This document shows positions 32,264-32,350 of a stretch of DNA of 32,350 nucleotides, piece by piece. How positions within the stretch are numbered: position 1 is the first letter of the stretch; each line of letters starts with the position of its first letter. This DNA is from a virus (lineage: Duplodnaviria; Caudoviricetes): IMG/VR virus record IMGVR_UViG_3300032116_000833, positions 1 through 32,350 of that record; one strand, 5' to 3'. The position numbers and the translations under genes were made by a program. Below the pieces are notes generated by a model. The model did no database searches and was not told the origin of the DNA. It saw nothing but the letters and a program-made list of their open reading frames with translations.

Positions 32264-32350
32264 ATGGCTTACGTAGAAGTTGAAGTGGACTTGAGTGATT
32301 TTGATACCGATGAATTGTTAGAAGAATTGGAATTGCGAGGAACAGAAAGT
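32264..32350 (+). CDS. Acidic hypothetical protein (truncated by the window edge)
   Basis: AAGGA RBS; VEVDLSDFDTDELLEELE.RG. Confidence 0.65.
   Translation, partial: MAYVEVEVDLSDFDTDELLEELELRGTES

Noticed and set aside
1-32350. Alternative genetic code, tRNA genes or rRNA genes
   Set aside because: Core genes translate full length in the standard code, and no tRNA or rRNA signature was recognised by eye.

Overview
A 32 kb piece of a large T4-like (myovirus-type) dsDNA phage genome, almost entirely + strand coded. The host is inferred to be Gram-negative from the spanin pair. From left to right: late/virion genes; a lysis cassette (i-/o-spanin, GH19 endolysin, holin-like membrane proteins); replication and nucleotide genes (gp61-type primase, thyX, nrdA, thioredoxin, nrdB) with an inserted micropeptide/SGNH/truncated carbamoyltransferase module; a small fibre-chaperone-cupin-2OG oxygenase unit; a 3'-5' exonuclease that seems to need an AUU start; and several HNH and GIY-YIG endonucleases. 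After a switch point near 20.9-21.1 kb (IHF-consensus site, back-to-back perfect sigma70 promoters) comes a dense early/host-takeover region of small genes driven by many near-consensus promoters. The most unusual signals are: (1) six paralogous mini-genes made of three conserved blocks (MNERI..LAEQAG / KFAELIV.EC / HFGVEE) separated by two hypervariable inserts, whose last block carries the next gene's RBS and start; (2) a ~180 nt multi-stem putative ncRNA bounded by 8 bp direct repeats directly upstream of an HNH nuclease; (3) a second HNH with a three-way-junction leader inside a segment bounded by 14 bp inverted repeats. All family calls come from motif recognition by eye; no database searches were run.
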